DNA from: an uncultured Kofleriaceae bacterium
Lineage (GTDB): Bacteria > Myxococcota_A > Polyangia > HGW-17
Direction of reading: 5' to 3'
Length of the DNA stretch: 64,000 nt
Assembly (NCBI GenBank): GCA_964516435.1
Contig: CAZEZP010000051.1
Location: 70,467-134,466, forward strand
The translations under genes were made by a program, and so were the position numbers. This document shows, one piece after another, positions 9,634 to 18,435 of the stretch (the stretch's first letter is position 1; every line of letters begins with the position of its first letter). The notes under the pieces are model-generated. The model ran no database searches. It was not told the origin of the DNA and saw only the letters and a list, made by a program, of their open reading frames with translations.

Positions 9634-10413
9634 ATGGACTTCGGGTTCCGCGGGGTCTTGTTCTTTTTTCTTCTGGCCGCAGCCGCCTGCAGCGCCGAAG
9701 TGGTCCGGGACCTGCCCGAGGGGGATGCCAACCGCGTGGTCGAGGCGCTGGTGCGCGCCGATGTCCCCGCCCGCAAGGTGCGCACCGATGGGCGGCGTAA
9801 CCTGTTCGGCGTGGAAGTGCCCCAAGGATCCCTGTCCCGGGCCTTGGCACTGATTTCCGCCCGGGATGTCCTGGCCCCCCGGCGGGAGGGGCTGGCCGCA
9901 TTTTCCCGCAGTTCCTCCCCGCTCAGTTCCTCCGCTGAACGGCATGTCCGCTATTTTTCCGCATTGGCCGAGGAACTGGAACGCACGCTGGAAGCGCTCT
10001 CCGGCGTTCAGCGCGCACGCGTCCACCTGGCCATGCCGCCGCTGTCCGACGCGCCGTTCTCCCTCCAGCCGGCACGCACCGGGCCCACCCGCGCATCGGT
10101 CCTGCTGCGGGTCCGGGATCGGGAATTCGACCTGCAGCCGGAGGAAATCCAGGCCATCGTGGCGGGCGCCGTTCCCGATCTGCCCCGGACGGAAGTGGCC
10201 GTCGTCATCCAGCCGGCTTCCGTGGCCACGCTTCCGCCCCAGGATCTCGTCTGGGTCGGGCCGCTTTTGGTCTCGCCAGGATGGACATGGGGAATCGGCA
10301 TCTTTCTCGCGCTGTGGATGGCGCTGACGGTCTGGCTCGTGATTTCCCGCCTTTCGGCCAGACGGCCGGCGACCGGCAATGACGATGCGGGCGGCGAGCC
10401 TTCACCCGGCTGA
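9634..10413 (+). CDS. YscJ/EscJ/PrgK/FliF-family (SctJ-like) ring-forming lipoprotein.
   Basis: It has a signal peptide plus lipobox (LLAAAAC) and a C-terminal TM helix (IGIFLALWMALTVWLVI). Internal motifs (…LSRALALISARDVL…AERHVRYFSALAEELERTLEALSGVQRARVHLAMPP…ASVLLRV…IQAIVAGAVPDL…VAVVI) parallel YscJ/PrgK ring-building motifs. Confidence 0.65.
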   Translation: MDFGFRGVLFFFLLAAAACSAEVVRDLPEGDANRVVEALVRADVPARKVRTDGRRNLFGVEVPQGSLSRALALISARDVLAPRREGLAAFSRSSSPLSSSAERHVRYFSALAEELERTLEALSGVQRARVHLAMPPLSDAPFSLQPARTGPTRASVLLRVRDREFDLQPEEIQAIVAGAVPDLPRTEVAVVIQPASVATLPPQDLVWVGPLLVSPGWTWGIGIFLALWMALTVWLVISRLSARRPATGNDDAGGEPSPG

Positions 10414-10465
10414 TCGCCCGATCCGGCGCAAGCAAAACCCGGTATCCGGAGTTTTTCAGGAACCC

Positions 10466-10494
10466 GGTTGACTTCGCGGCCACTTTCCCCTTAC
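10466..10494 (+). promoter_or_regulatory. Candidate sigma70-type promoter (TTGACT-N17-TTACAT) upstream of the M50 protease gene.
   Basis: ggTTGACTtcgcggccactttccccTTACATgaaag lies about 40 nt upstream of the ATG at 10533. Confidence 0.25.
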
Positions 10495-10532
10495 ATGAAA
10501 GTCCGCCGGAAGCGGGAGGGAAATTTTCATAC

Positions 10533-11207
10533 ATGTCTTCCTTGCAGATTCGCGATGGGCTCATTCTGATGATCGGCCTGATCATCTCGGTGGGTGTTCA
10601 TGAATTCGGCCACGCCGTGGTGGCAGACTGGCTGGGCGACCCGACTCCCGGCAAGCAGGGCCGCGTCACGCTCAACCCCATGGCGCACGCCGATCCATTG
10701 GGCACGCTGCTGCTGCCGGCCCTGATGATCTTCGTGTTCCCCGGCGGTTTCCTGTTCGGCTGGGGCAAACCCGTGCAGGTGCAGCCGCTGTTCTACCGGC
10801 GCCACTTCGGAGGAAGGCGCATCACCATGGCCGCCGGCGACATCCTGGTATCGCTCGCCGGCCCCTTCATGAACGTGCTTCTGGCGCTGCTCTTCACACT
10901 GCTGCTGGCGCTCCTCACGCGGCTGGGGGGGATGCACGCATCCGACCCCATCATTTCCGCGCTGGCCATGTATCTGGTGCTGAATCTCGGGCTGGCCGTG
11001 TTCAATCTCCTGCCGTTTCCACCGCTGGACGGCAGCCACGTCCTGCTCAACGCCATCCACCCGCATGGGCGGGCATTCACGGAATTCTGGCAGCAGTACG
11101 GCCTGTGGCTGCTCATCGTCTTCATGGCCACCGGCGCCCTGCGCATCGTGTTCACCCCCATCATGTACGTGGCCCGCGAACTGCTTCGCCTGGCCCTGGG
11201 CAGTTGA
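10533..11207 (+). CDS. Site-2 protease family (peptidase M50) integral membrane metalloprotease.
   Basis: The HEFGHA (HExxH) motif lies in a TM helix, the protein is polytopic, and a later LDG motif (FPPLDGSHV) is present. Confidence 0.8.
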   Translation: MSSLQIRDGLILMIGLIISVGVHEFGHAVVADWLGDPTPGKQGRVTLNPMAHADPLGTLLLPALMIFVFPGGFLFGWGKPVQVQPLFYRRHFGGRRITMAAGDILVSLAGPFMNVLLALLFTLLLALLTRLGGMHASDPIISALAMYLVLNLGLAVFNLLPFPPLDGSHVLLNAIHPHGRAFTEFWQQYGLWLLIVFMATGALRIVFTPIMYVARELLRLALGS

Positions 11208-11213
11208 TGCTCC

Positions 11214-12005
11214 ATGTCCGAGACCTGGATCCAACTCACCTACGACCTGGACTGCCGCCTGTCGGACTGGTTCGCCGGGCCGCTGGACCTGCTGCTCCAT
11301 CTGGTGCGCCGCCATTCGCTGGATCTGCGGAAACTGCCGCTGGCGGAACTGACGGAGAAATATCTGGAAGCCCTCGGGCAATACCAGCGCTGCAACATCG
11401 ACGTGGCATCCGAATTCCTCGTGCTGGCGGCCACCCTGGTGGAGTGGAAATGCCGATTCGTCCTGCCGGCGCCGGATGCCTCCGCGCAGGAAGACACGCC
11501 GGAACAGGCCGAGGTTCGTGGATTCTTCGAGCGCCTCATGGAACTGGACCGCGTACGGCGTGCCGGCGCGTGGCTGGACGGGCATCTGCTCATGGACCGG
11601 GTCCTGTACCGGCGACGGCACTTCGATGTCCCGACCGATCTCGGGCCGCAGGAACTTTTGCCCCACGACCCGCAGGCGCTGGCGGCGGCATGGTCCCGGC
11701 TGGAGCAGCGCATCCAGCGGGCCTCCACGTTCCGGGGCGTCACAGAACGCTCCCTGCGGGCGCATCAGGCCCAGGTGCTGCAGGCGCTCATGGCAGCGCC
11801 GTCCATCAGTTTCTCGCGCCTGCTGGCGGAACATTTCGATGAAACCCCGGCGCTGGTGGTCGTGACGTTCCTGGCGCTCCTGGAACTGGTGCGCGCGGGC
11901 ATCGTCCGGCTGATGCAGCCGGATCCGGGCGGCGACATCCTCATTTCCCTCCAGGCCGGACGAATGGACGATGCCAGTGGATCTGCTCTCCCGACTGCTT
12001 CGTGA
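11214..12005 (+). CDS. scpA: Segregation and condensation protein A.
   Basis: LDLLLHLVRRHSLDLRKLPLAELTEKYLEAL is the ScpA N-terminal kleisin motif. scpB follows immediately downstream. Confidence 0.8.
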   Translation: MSETWIQLTYDLDCRLSDWFAGPLDLLLHLVRRHSLDLRKLPLAELTEKYLEALGQYQRCNIDVASEFLVLAATLVEWKCRFVLPAPDASAQEDTPEQAEVRGFFERLMELDRVRRAGAWLDGHLLMDRVLYRRRHFDVPTDLGPQELLPHDPQALAAAWSRLEQRIQRASTFRGVTERSLRAHQAQVLQALMAAPSISFSRLLAEHFDETPALVVVTFLALLELVRAGIVRLMQPDPGGDILISLQAGRMDDASGSALPTAS

Positions 12006-12783
12006 AGCCGGCTGCGCCGACGCAGATCCCCAATGGGTGCGCGTGGTTGGAGCCCTGATCTTCAGCGCCGATGCGCCCATGACGTTTTCCCGCCTGCGGG
12101 AGCTTCTGCCCGAGGCCGATGCTTCAACTCTGGAACAGGCCCTCTCGGCGCTGTTCGCCCTGCACGATGCGCTGGGGATCTCGCTCCAGCGCATGGGCGG
12201 CGGTTATATTTTTACTACGGCCCCTGACATGGCGCCATGGGTCCGCCGGGCGCAGGGTTCCCGGGGAGGACGCCTGACACAGCCGGCACTGGAAACCCTG
12301 GCCATCGTGGCGTACCGGCAGCCGGTCACCCTCCCCGAGATCAACGAAATCCGAGGGGTGGATTCGGAAACGACGCTCAAATACCTGATGGAGCGCAACC
12401 TCGTGGGGATCGCCGGCCGTCGCGCGGAACCCGGCCGCCCCCACATCTACGTCACGACGCGCGAATTCCTCACGGTGTTCGGCATCAACTCGCTGTCCGA
12501 ACTGCCTGCCTTCGACGAACCCGCACCTGTCGCTTCCGGTGCCGCGGAATCCCTGTCGCTGGAGGATCTTCCGGTGGCGCCGCCCTCCGGATTCGAACTT
12601 GACTTCTCTGAAGTTCGCTCCTTCGAGGAACGCGTGCGGGAGTTGTCGCACATGATGAGTGAAAAACTCGGGCTCGATCCGGCGTTGCAGGACGAGGGCG
12701 ATTCGCCGGGCGCCCCGCCATCGCCAGAGGAAAGAGACACCCCCGTGCCCGGCAAGGAGGACGACGATGACATCGAAAGGTGA
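11971..12783 (+). CDS. scpB: Segregation and condensation protein B.
   Basis: …GALIFSADAPMTFSRLRELL…LETLAIVAYRQPVTLPEINEIRGV… shows the winged-helix ScpB repeats. It overlaps the scpA end, so the exact start is uncertain. Confidence 0.75.
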   Translation: MPVDLLSRLLREAGCADADPQWVRVVGALIFSADAPMTFSRLRELLPEADASTLEQALSALFALHDALGISLQRMGGGYIFTTAPDMAPWVRRAQGSRGGRLTQPALETLAIVAYRQPVTLPEINEIRGVDSETTLKYLMERNLVGIAGRRAEPGRPHIYVTTREFLTVFGINSLSELPAFDEPAPVASGAAESLSLEDLPVAPPSGFELDFSEVRSFEERVRELSHMMSEKLGLDPALQDEGDSPGAPPSPEERDTPVPGKEDDDDIER

Positions 12784-13573
12784 GCGGCTTCAGAAGTTCA
12801 TGGCGCGCTGCGGCGTGGATTCCCGCCGCAAGTGCGAGGACTACATCCGCCAGGGCCGGGTGCGCGTCAACGGCCAGGTGGTGGAGCACGTGGGCACGAT
12901 CGTCGATCCGGAAGTGGACGTGGTCCAGGTGGATGGGCGCCGGATCGCCCCGCAGGAACTGGTCATCCTGGCTTTCCACAAGCCCGCGGGCGTGCTTTCG
13001 GCGGTCACGGACGCATCGGACCGCCCCACCGTGGTGGACCTGCTGCCGGACATGGGCGTGCGCCTATATCCCGTAGGCCGGCTGGACTGGGCCAGCGAAG
13101 GGCTGCTGCTGCTGTCCAACGACGGAGAACTGGCCTACCGGATTCTGCATCCGCGCCACGGTGTGGAACGGGAGTACGAGGTCAAGTGCAGGGGCACCCT
13201 GACCCCGGAAATCCTGGAGCGGCTGCGGACGGGCGTGGAACTGTCCGACGGCCCCACGCATCCCGCCCGGGTGTCCCTGCTGCGAAAGCCGGGAATGCAG
13301 AGCAATTTCTGGCTGCGCTTCGTCCTGACGGAAGGACGCAACCGCATCGTGCGGCGCATGTGCGAAGCCGTCGGGCTGGAAGTGCTCCGCCTGCGGCGGG
13401 TGCGCATCGGCGGAGTCCTGCTCGGGGATCTCGAGCCTGGCCGCTACCGCCATCTCAACTCCATCGAGAAGGAATCGCTCCTGAACCCGCATCGGGAAGA
13501 AACCGAAAAAAAGAAAAAAAGGAAGCCAAATCAACGGGTTGCAGGAAAAACGAGAAAAAGCGGAAGAGCATGA
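12767..13573 (+). CDS. rluB: 23S rRNA pseudouridine synthase (RluB/RsuA family) with an S4 domain.
   Basis: The ATG at 12767 lies in the ORF 12659–13573. S4-domain residues ([30 protein letters not shown]) are followed by the catalytic motif ([22 protein letters not shown]) and a basic C-terminal tail. Confidence 0.8.
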   Translation: MTSKGERLQKFMARCGVDSRRKCEDYIRQGRVRVNGQVVEHVGTIVDPEVDVVQVDGRRIAPQELVILAFHKPAGVLSAVTDASDRPTVVDLLPDMGVRLYPVGRLDWASEGLLLLSNDGELAYRILHPRHGVEREYEVKCRGTLTPEILERLRTGVELSDGPTHPARVSLLRKPGMQSNFWLRFVLTEGRNRIVRRMCEAVGLEVLRLRRVRIGGVLLGDLEPGRYRHLNSIEKESLLNPHREETEKKKKRKPNQRVAGKTRKSGRA

Positions 13574-13631
13574 AAAATCAGCTTGACAACCTCCCGGGAA
13601 TACCCCATACATGGGGAGCCTCGGGGGATTG

Positions 13632-13708
13632 GCGCCCGTAGCTCAGTTGGATAGAGCGTCGGACTTCGAATCCGCAGGCCGGGTGTTCGAGTCACCCCGG
13701 GCGCGCAA
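13632..13708 (+). tRNA. tRNA-Arg (anticodon TCG).
   Basis: It folds as a cloverleaf: acceptor gcgcccg/cgggcgc, D-arm gctcagttggatagagc, anticodon arm tcgga-cTTCGaa-tccgc, T-arm gggtgttcgagtcaccc. Coordinates are ±2 nt. Confidence 0.8.
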
Positions 13709-13712
13709 CGTT

Positions 13713-13788
13713 GGGCCCATAGCTCAATCGGTAGAGCAGCGGACTCTTAATCCGGAGGTTGAAGGTTCGATTCCTTCTGGGCTCACCA
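13713..13788 (+). tRNA. tRNA-Lys (anticodon CTT).
   Basis: gggcccatagctcaatcggtagagcagcggactCTTaatccggaggttgaaggttcgattccttctgggctcacca shows the anticodon loop ctCTTaa, the T-loop ggttcgattcc and a 3' CCA. Confidence 0.8.
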
Positions 13789-13870
13789 AGGCAGACAACA
13801 TAACGTGTGCGTACAGCAGCGATTTTTCTATTTTTCAACGCAACAACAACTCAACAAAGGGAGAAAAACG

Positions 13871-14743
13871 ATGAAAAAGGGTCTTCTGCTGGGTCTGATG
13901 CTGTCCGTGGGTTTCGTGTTCCTGGCCGCCTGCGGCGAGGGCAAGCCTTCCTGCGACCTGCTCTACAAGCGCCTGGACAAGTGCGACAAGATGCCCCTGA
14001 AGAAGGAAGTCTTCATGGAAGTGTGCAACAAGAAGGCCGATGAGCACAAGGAAGAGATCGCCTGCTCGGCCAAGAAGGACTGCGGCGAATTCAAGAAGTG
14101 CCTGGAGGAGGCGAAGAAAGCCGCGGCCTCGCGGCGGGCGCAGAAGCGCATCGAGGAGGCCATGGCCAAGAACGACCTCAAGGAGGTGCTCATGCAGTGC
14201 GACATCTACAAGCAGGACCTCAATGCAGACCTCCAGAAAAAATGCGCGGAAGCCCTTCCCAAGGCGTACGACGAACTCATGAAGAAAGCGCAGGAACTGC
14301 GCAAGAGCGGCGAAAAGGAAGATTTGGCCCTGTGCTTCGAACTGCAGGACCATGGCAAGAAGATCGGCCCGGAAAAAGCCAAGGAAGCCGAGACCGTGTG
14401 CAAGGAGATCGGATTGCAGGTGACGCACCGCAAGGCGCTGGCGGAAGTGGACAAGTACCTGAAGGAAAACAAGGACATGCTTCCCTTCTACTGCATGGAG
14501 AGTTCCATCAAGAAATACGACGAGTTCGGCTCCGAATTCGCCAAGGAACTGAAAAAGGAACTGCTCGATGCCTGCTTCGTGAAACTGGGCAAAGCCATCA
14601 TGGCCAAGAAGATCCCCGAGATGAAGGGATTCTGCAACTTCTCGGTGCAGGAAATCTTCAACGCGGTGAAAGCCAACAACATCCAGAACCCGGAACTCGA
14701 CCCCCTCATGACCCAGGCCGCTCCCCTGTGTGAAAAGAAGTAG
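13871..14743 (+). CDS. Lys/Glu-rich Cys-containing lipoprotein, hypothetical.
   Basis: The ATG at 13871 follows gggagaaaa. It has a signal peptide and lipobox (FLAACG) and is helical and K/E-rich with conserved Cys pairs. Confidence 0.6.
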   Translation: MKKGLLLGLMLSVGFVFLAACGEGKPSCDLLYKRLDKCDKMPLKKEVFMEVCNKKADEHKEEIACSAKKDCGEFKKCLEEAKKAAASRRAQKRIEEAMAKNDLKEVLMQCDIYKQDLNADLQKKCAEALPKAYDELMKKAQELRKSGEKEDLALCFELQDHGKKIGPEKAKEAETVCKEIGLQVTHRKALAEVDKYLKENKDMLPFYCMESSIKKYDEFGSEFAKELKKELLDACFVKLGKAIMAKKIPEMKGFCNFSVQEIFNAVKANNIQNPELDPLMTQAAPLCEKK

Positions 14744-14973
14744 TCTCCTGCCATCCGGGCCGCCAGCCCGTTTCCCATTTTCCCCATTCCGGCTCGAATC
14801 ACGATTTCCGATTTCCATCGATCCGCACTTGCGGGCCTAGCCGCGTGCATGTCGAGTGTCACATGAACCAATGCGGCCTTCATGCCAAAAACCATCGGGC
14901 GCATGCAGAACAGCCAGCTTGAACCACTTTTTCGCATCTGCTACACCGAAGAATGAACCCGGGGGTGCTTCCC

Positions 14974-17900
14974 ATGCGACGCTTTTTCTTTTTCTTCCTG
15001 CCCTTGCTCGTCCTCCTCGCGCCGGATGCGCGGGCCCAGAACAACCTGGTGGTCAACGGCACCACTGTGACGCTCGGCGGCATCCAGCGCTATGATTCCA
15101 TCTCGGTCATCAACGGGGGTGTCATCCGCGTCCTGGCATACGACAATGGCCCCGACCGCGTGAACCGCGGCAATCTGGAACTGATCGCCCCCAGCATCTT
15201 CGTGGACGAGACATCGAGCATCATCGCCACGGGAGCGGGCTACCAGCCGGTGCTCTGCCAGAACGGCCCCGGACCGTCCGCCTTTCCCCGCGCCGGCGGA
15301 CGCGGCGGCTGCGCCGTGCGGGACTCCGGCGGCGGCGGCGCCCACTTCGGCGGCGGCGGACGCGGAACCAAGGACTGCCCTTCATCCATCTGCGTCTTTC
15401 CGCGCGACTGGGAGGAGGACTGCGGCGTATACGCCGGCGGCACCACGTGCACACTCACAGCCAACTGCCGCGACAACGACGGGTTGCCCACCGTGGCCGG
15501 CCAGCCTTTCGCGCATTCCATCTGGCAGGTCGAATTCGGCTCTGCCGGCGGCGACGCGGGCTGCCTGGACGGCGATGGCTGGGCCAATCCCCAGTGCGTG
15601 GTGGGCGGGCCCGGCGGCGGACGCATCGTGCTCGCGGCCGTCACCCCGTTCGGCACCGGCGTGCTCGACATCCGCGGCCGCATCATCGCCGAAGGCCGCC
15701 GCGGATGCGGCATCAAGAACGACTCGGGCGGCGGCGGCGCGGGCGGTTCCATCCTCATCGTGGGCGACAACGTCTCGATCGGCGCCACGGCCGTCATCAG
15801 CGCGGCCGGCGGCCTGGGCGGCAACACCCAGCCATATCCCGCCGGCGAATGCCCCGCCTGCGCCCAGCAGGGCGGCACCTGCGACGATTGTGGCGGTGGT
15901 GGCGGCGGCGGCATCGTGAGCGTGCTCTCGCGTTCCCCCGCCAACATCCACCAACTGGCCGATTTCCGCGTGGGCGGCGCAGCCGGCGGAGTGTGTTCCT
16001 GCGCCGGCGAAGCCGGTGGTGGCGCGGGCGAACTGCAACTCTACGGGGTCTACACCGGCGAGGTGTGCGACGGCTACGACAACGACTTCGACGGCGTCGT
16101 GGACGACGACCTGGGCGATATCGCCTGCGGCGCGGGCGCCTGCCAGGTGACGGTATCCGCATGCGCAAGCGGCCAGCCCAACGACTGCGTGCCCATAGCC
16201 GATGAAGCCTGCCAGCCCCCCCTGTCCGACACGCGCAGCCGCTTCCTGGTCATCGTGGACACTTCCGGCTCCATGCTGCTGGACCTCTCCGGCGTCTGGA
16301 CGTTTGGCGACGGCAGCCCGGAACATGTGGGGCTGGACACCAACGGCGATGGCACGGCAGGCAACGACAGCCGCCTGTACAAGGCCAAGGACGCCCTGCG
16401 CAACGTCATCTCGGCCTATTATTCCGACATCGATTTCGCGCTGGCCCGCTACGCGCAGGGGTCCGCGCCCGACGTCAACTGCCAGTTGGCCCGCAGTTTC
16501 GAATGCGCCGGCATCTGCTGCACCTATGACAATCCGACGAACAACACGGGGTCTCCCAACGCCTGCACCGTGCAGGCCGGCGCCGCCGGCAGCCTGGTCG
16601 TGCGCCCCGAGAGCCCGCTTTCGGACGCCTGCATCAATTACGCGGGATCCTGCGGCTCGGTGCGCCGCGGGGCCGACATCCTGGTGGGCTTCGAGAAGCC
16701 GGTCAACCAGTTGCTCATGTGGATCGACAACAAGGAGACCAACTTCCAGCCAGACCGCACGGAAGGCGATTTTTGCAACTTCGCGGGCGGCGGCGACTGC
16801 GAACTGCGCGGCACCGGTCCTACGCCGCTGGCCGACTCGCTGCTGGCGGCCAAGGCTTTCATGGCCCGCACGATCGCCGAGGACCGCATCGACACCTGCC
16901 GGCGCTACGCCGTCATCCTGCTCACCGACGGCGCCGAGTCCTGCCTGGGCAATCCGGTGAACGCCGCGGCCGAACTGCTCAACGACCTGGGTGTGGAAAC
17001 GTATGTGATTGGGTTCTCCATCCTGCCCTCCGAGCAGGCGCAACTCAACCAGATCGCCCGCGCCGGGTCTTTCGGCAACTCGCGCAACGCCTTCTTCGTG
17101 GGCAACGAGAACGAACTGGCCGCCGTGCTGGCCGGCATCGTAGCCGAAAGCGTCGTATACGAAACCTGCAACGGATGGGACGACGACTGCGACAGCCAGG
17201 TGGATGAAGACTTCCCGCAACTCGGCCAGCCCTGCGACGACGGCGGCATCGGCGCCTGCCGGGGCACAGGCGAATACCGCTGCCGCGCCGACGGGTCCGG
17301 CACGGAGTGCGTCATCACGAATCCCGGGCAAATCCCGCAGGAAGAGGTCTGCAACGGGCTCGACGACGACTGCGACGGCCAGGTGGACGAAGGGCTCAAC
17401 TGCCAGGCGCAGTGCACACCCACCGGTCCCGAGGTGTGCGACGGCGCCGATAACGACTGCAACGGGCTCGTGGACGAAGCCGACCCACTCATGGGACTGC
17501 CCTGCAGCGAAGACGAGGGCGTCTGCGAACCCGGAGCATGGGTGTGCGCGGGTGGACGCATGGTGTGCCTGGGCGGCGTCAATCCAGGCAACGAAATGTG
17601 CAACGGGCTCGACGACGACTGCGATGGGCAAACCGACGACGATGCGCCCTGCCCGGCGGACTACTACTGCATCGAGGGCGGATGCCGCCGGCTCTGTTCG
17701 GCGGGCGAGTTCCCCTGCCCCGGCGGCTACGTCTGCCGCGAATACACCGTGGGCACGAACCCGGTGCACGTATGCATGCCCACGGCCTGCGCCAACTGCG
17801 CTCCGGGCGAAGTCTGCCGCGACAATCAATGCGTGGATCCGTGCGCGGGCGTGAACTGCCGCGAAAACGAGACCTGCGTGATGGGCGAGTGCCGCGACTG

Positions 17901-18435
17901 CCACACGCTGGGCTGCACGGACGACAGGATCTGCTATGCCGGCCGCTGCGTCGACGACCCCTGCACCGGCGTCGACTGCGGCAGGGACGCCTACTGCGCC
18001 AATGGCGCCTGCGTGGACATCTGCCGCGACGAGCGCTGCCCCAAAGACACGGCCTGCAATGCAGCGGGGGAATGCATTCCCGTGGCCGCATGCGAACCCG
18101 CCTGCGAATCTTTGCTGGTGTGCATCGATGGAGAATGCGTGACGAACAACTGCCCGCAAATTGCGTGTCCGCCGGGCAACGTCTGCCTGCCGCCCGGGGA
18201 ATGCGCGCCGGATCCCTGCCCCCTGCTCACCTGCCCGGCCGGAACCGCCTGCACGGTGCTGCCCGATGGCGCCGGGCGTTGCCAGCCCGTCAACACACTG
18301 CCCCCGCCTGAAAAACTCACCGCCGGGGGCGGCTGTACCTGCACCCATGCGGCTTCATCCGGACGGCCGCCCATCCTGCCACTGTTCGGCCTGGCTCTGC
18401 TGCTGGGGCTGCGCCGCCGCGGAGGTGTGAAATGA
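14974..18435 (+). CDS. Large secreted MYXO-CTERM-anchored protein with Gly-rich beta-helix-like repeats, a vWA domain and many CxxGxDDDCDG metal-binding repeats.
   Basis: A signal peptide (MRRFFFFFLPLLVLLAPDARA) is followed by a GGGGAxxGG-rich region. The vWA MIDAS motif is LVIVDTSGSM. At least eight repeats match C(N/D)G(L/I)DDDCDG.VDE. The C-terminus GGGCTCTHAASSGRPPILPLFGLALLLGLRRR is a MYXO-CTERM sorting signal. Confidence 0.75.
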   Translation: MRRFFFFFLPLLVLLAPDARAQNNLVVNGTTVTLGGIQRYDSISVINGGVIRVLAYDNGPDRVNRGNLELIAPSIFVDETSSIIATGAGYQPVLCQNGPGPSAFPRAGGRGGCAVRDSGGGGAHFGGGGRGTKDCPSSICVFPRDWEEDCGVYAGGTTCTLTANCRDNDGLPTVAGQPFAHSIWQVEFGSAGGDAGCLDGDGWANPQCVVGGPGGGRIVLAAVTPFGTGVLDIRGRIIAEGRRGCGIKNDSGGGGAGGSILIVGDNVSIGATAVISAAGGLGGNTQPYPAGECPACAQQGGTCDDCGGGGGGGIVSVLSRSPANIHQLADFRVGGAAGGVCSCAGEAGGGAGELQLYGVYTGEVCDGYDNDFDGVVDDDLGDIACGAGACQVTVSACASGQPNDCVPIADEACQPPLSDTRSRFLVIVDTSGSMLLDLSGVWTFGDGSPEHVGLDTNGDGTAGNDSRLYKAKDALRNVISAYYSDIDFALARYAQGSAPDVNCQLARSFECAGICCTYDNPTNNTGSPNACTVQAGAAGSLVVRPESPLSDACINYAGSCGSVRRGADILVGFEKPVNQLLMWIDNKETNFQPDRTEGDFCNFAGGGDCELRGTGPTPLADSLLAAKAFMARTIAEDRIDTCRRYAVILLTDGAESCLGNPVNAAAELLNDLGVETYVIGFSILPSEQAQLNQIARAGSFGNSRNAFFVGNENELAAVLAGIVAESVVYETCNGWDDDCDSQVDEDFPQLGQPCDDGGIGACRGTGEYRCRADGSGTECVITNPGQIPQEEVCNGLDDDCDGQVDEGLNCQAQCTPTGPEVCDGADNDCNGLVDEADPLMGLPCSEDEGVCEPGAWVCAGGRMVCLGGVNPGNEMCNGLDDDCDGQTDDDAPCPADYYCIEGGCRRLCSAGEFPCPGGYVCREYTVGTNPVHVCMPTACANCAPGEVCRDNQCVDPCAGVNCRENETCVMGECRDCHTLGCTDDRICYAGRCVDDPCTGVDCGRDAYCANGACVDICRDERCPKDTACNAAGECIPVAACEPACESLLVCIDGECVTNNCPQIACPPGNVCLPPGECAPDPCPLLTCPAGTACTVLPDGAGRCQPVNTLPPPEKLTAGGGCTCTHAASSGRPPILPLFGLALLLGLRRRGGVK

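Noticed and set aside
10527-12194. 555-aa minus-strand ORF
   Set aside because: It is antisense to the M50 protease, scpA and scpB, and its composition is low-complexity R/Q/H/E-rich.
15382-18348. 988-aa minus-strand ORF
   Set aside because: It is antisense to the MYXO-CTERM vWA protein and its composition is Ala/Gly/Val/Arg. Long antisense ORFs are expected in high-GC DNA.
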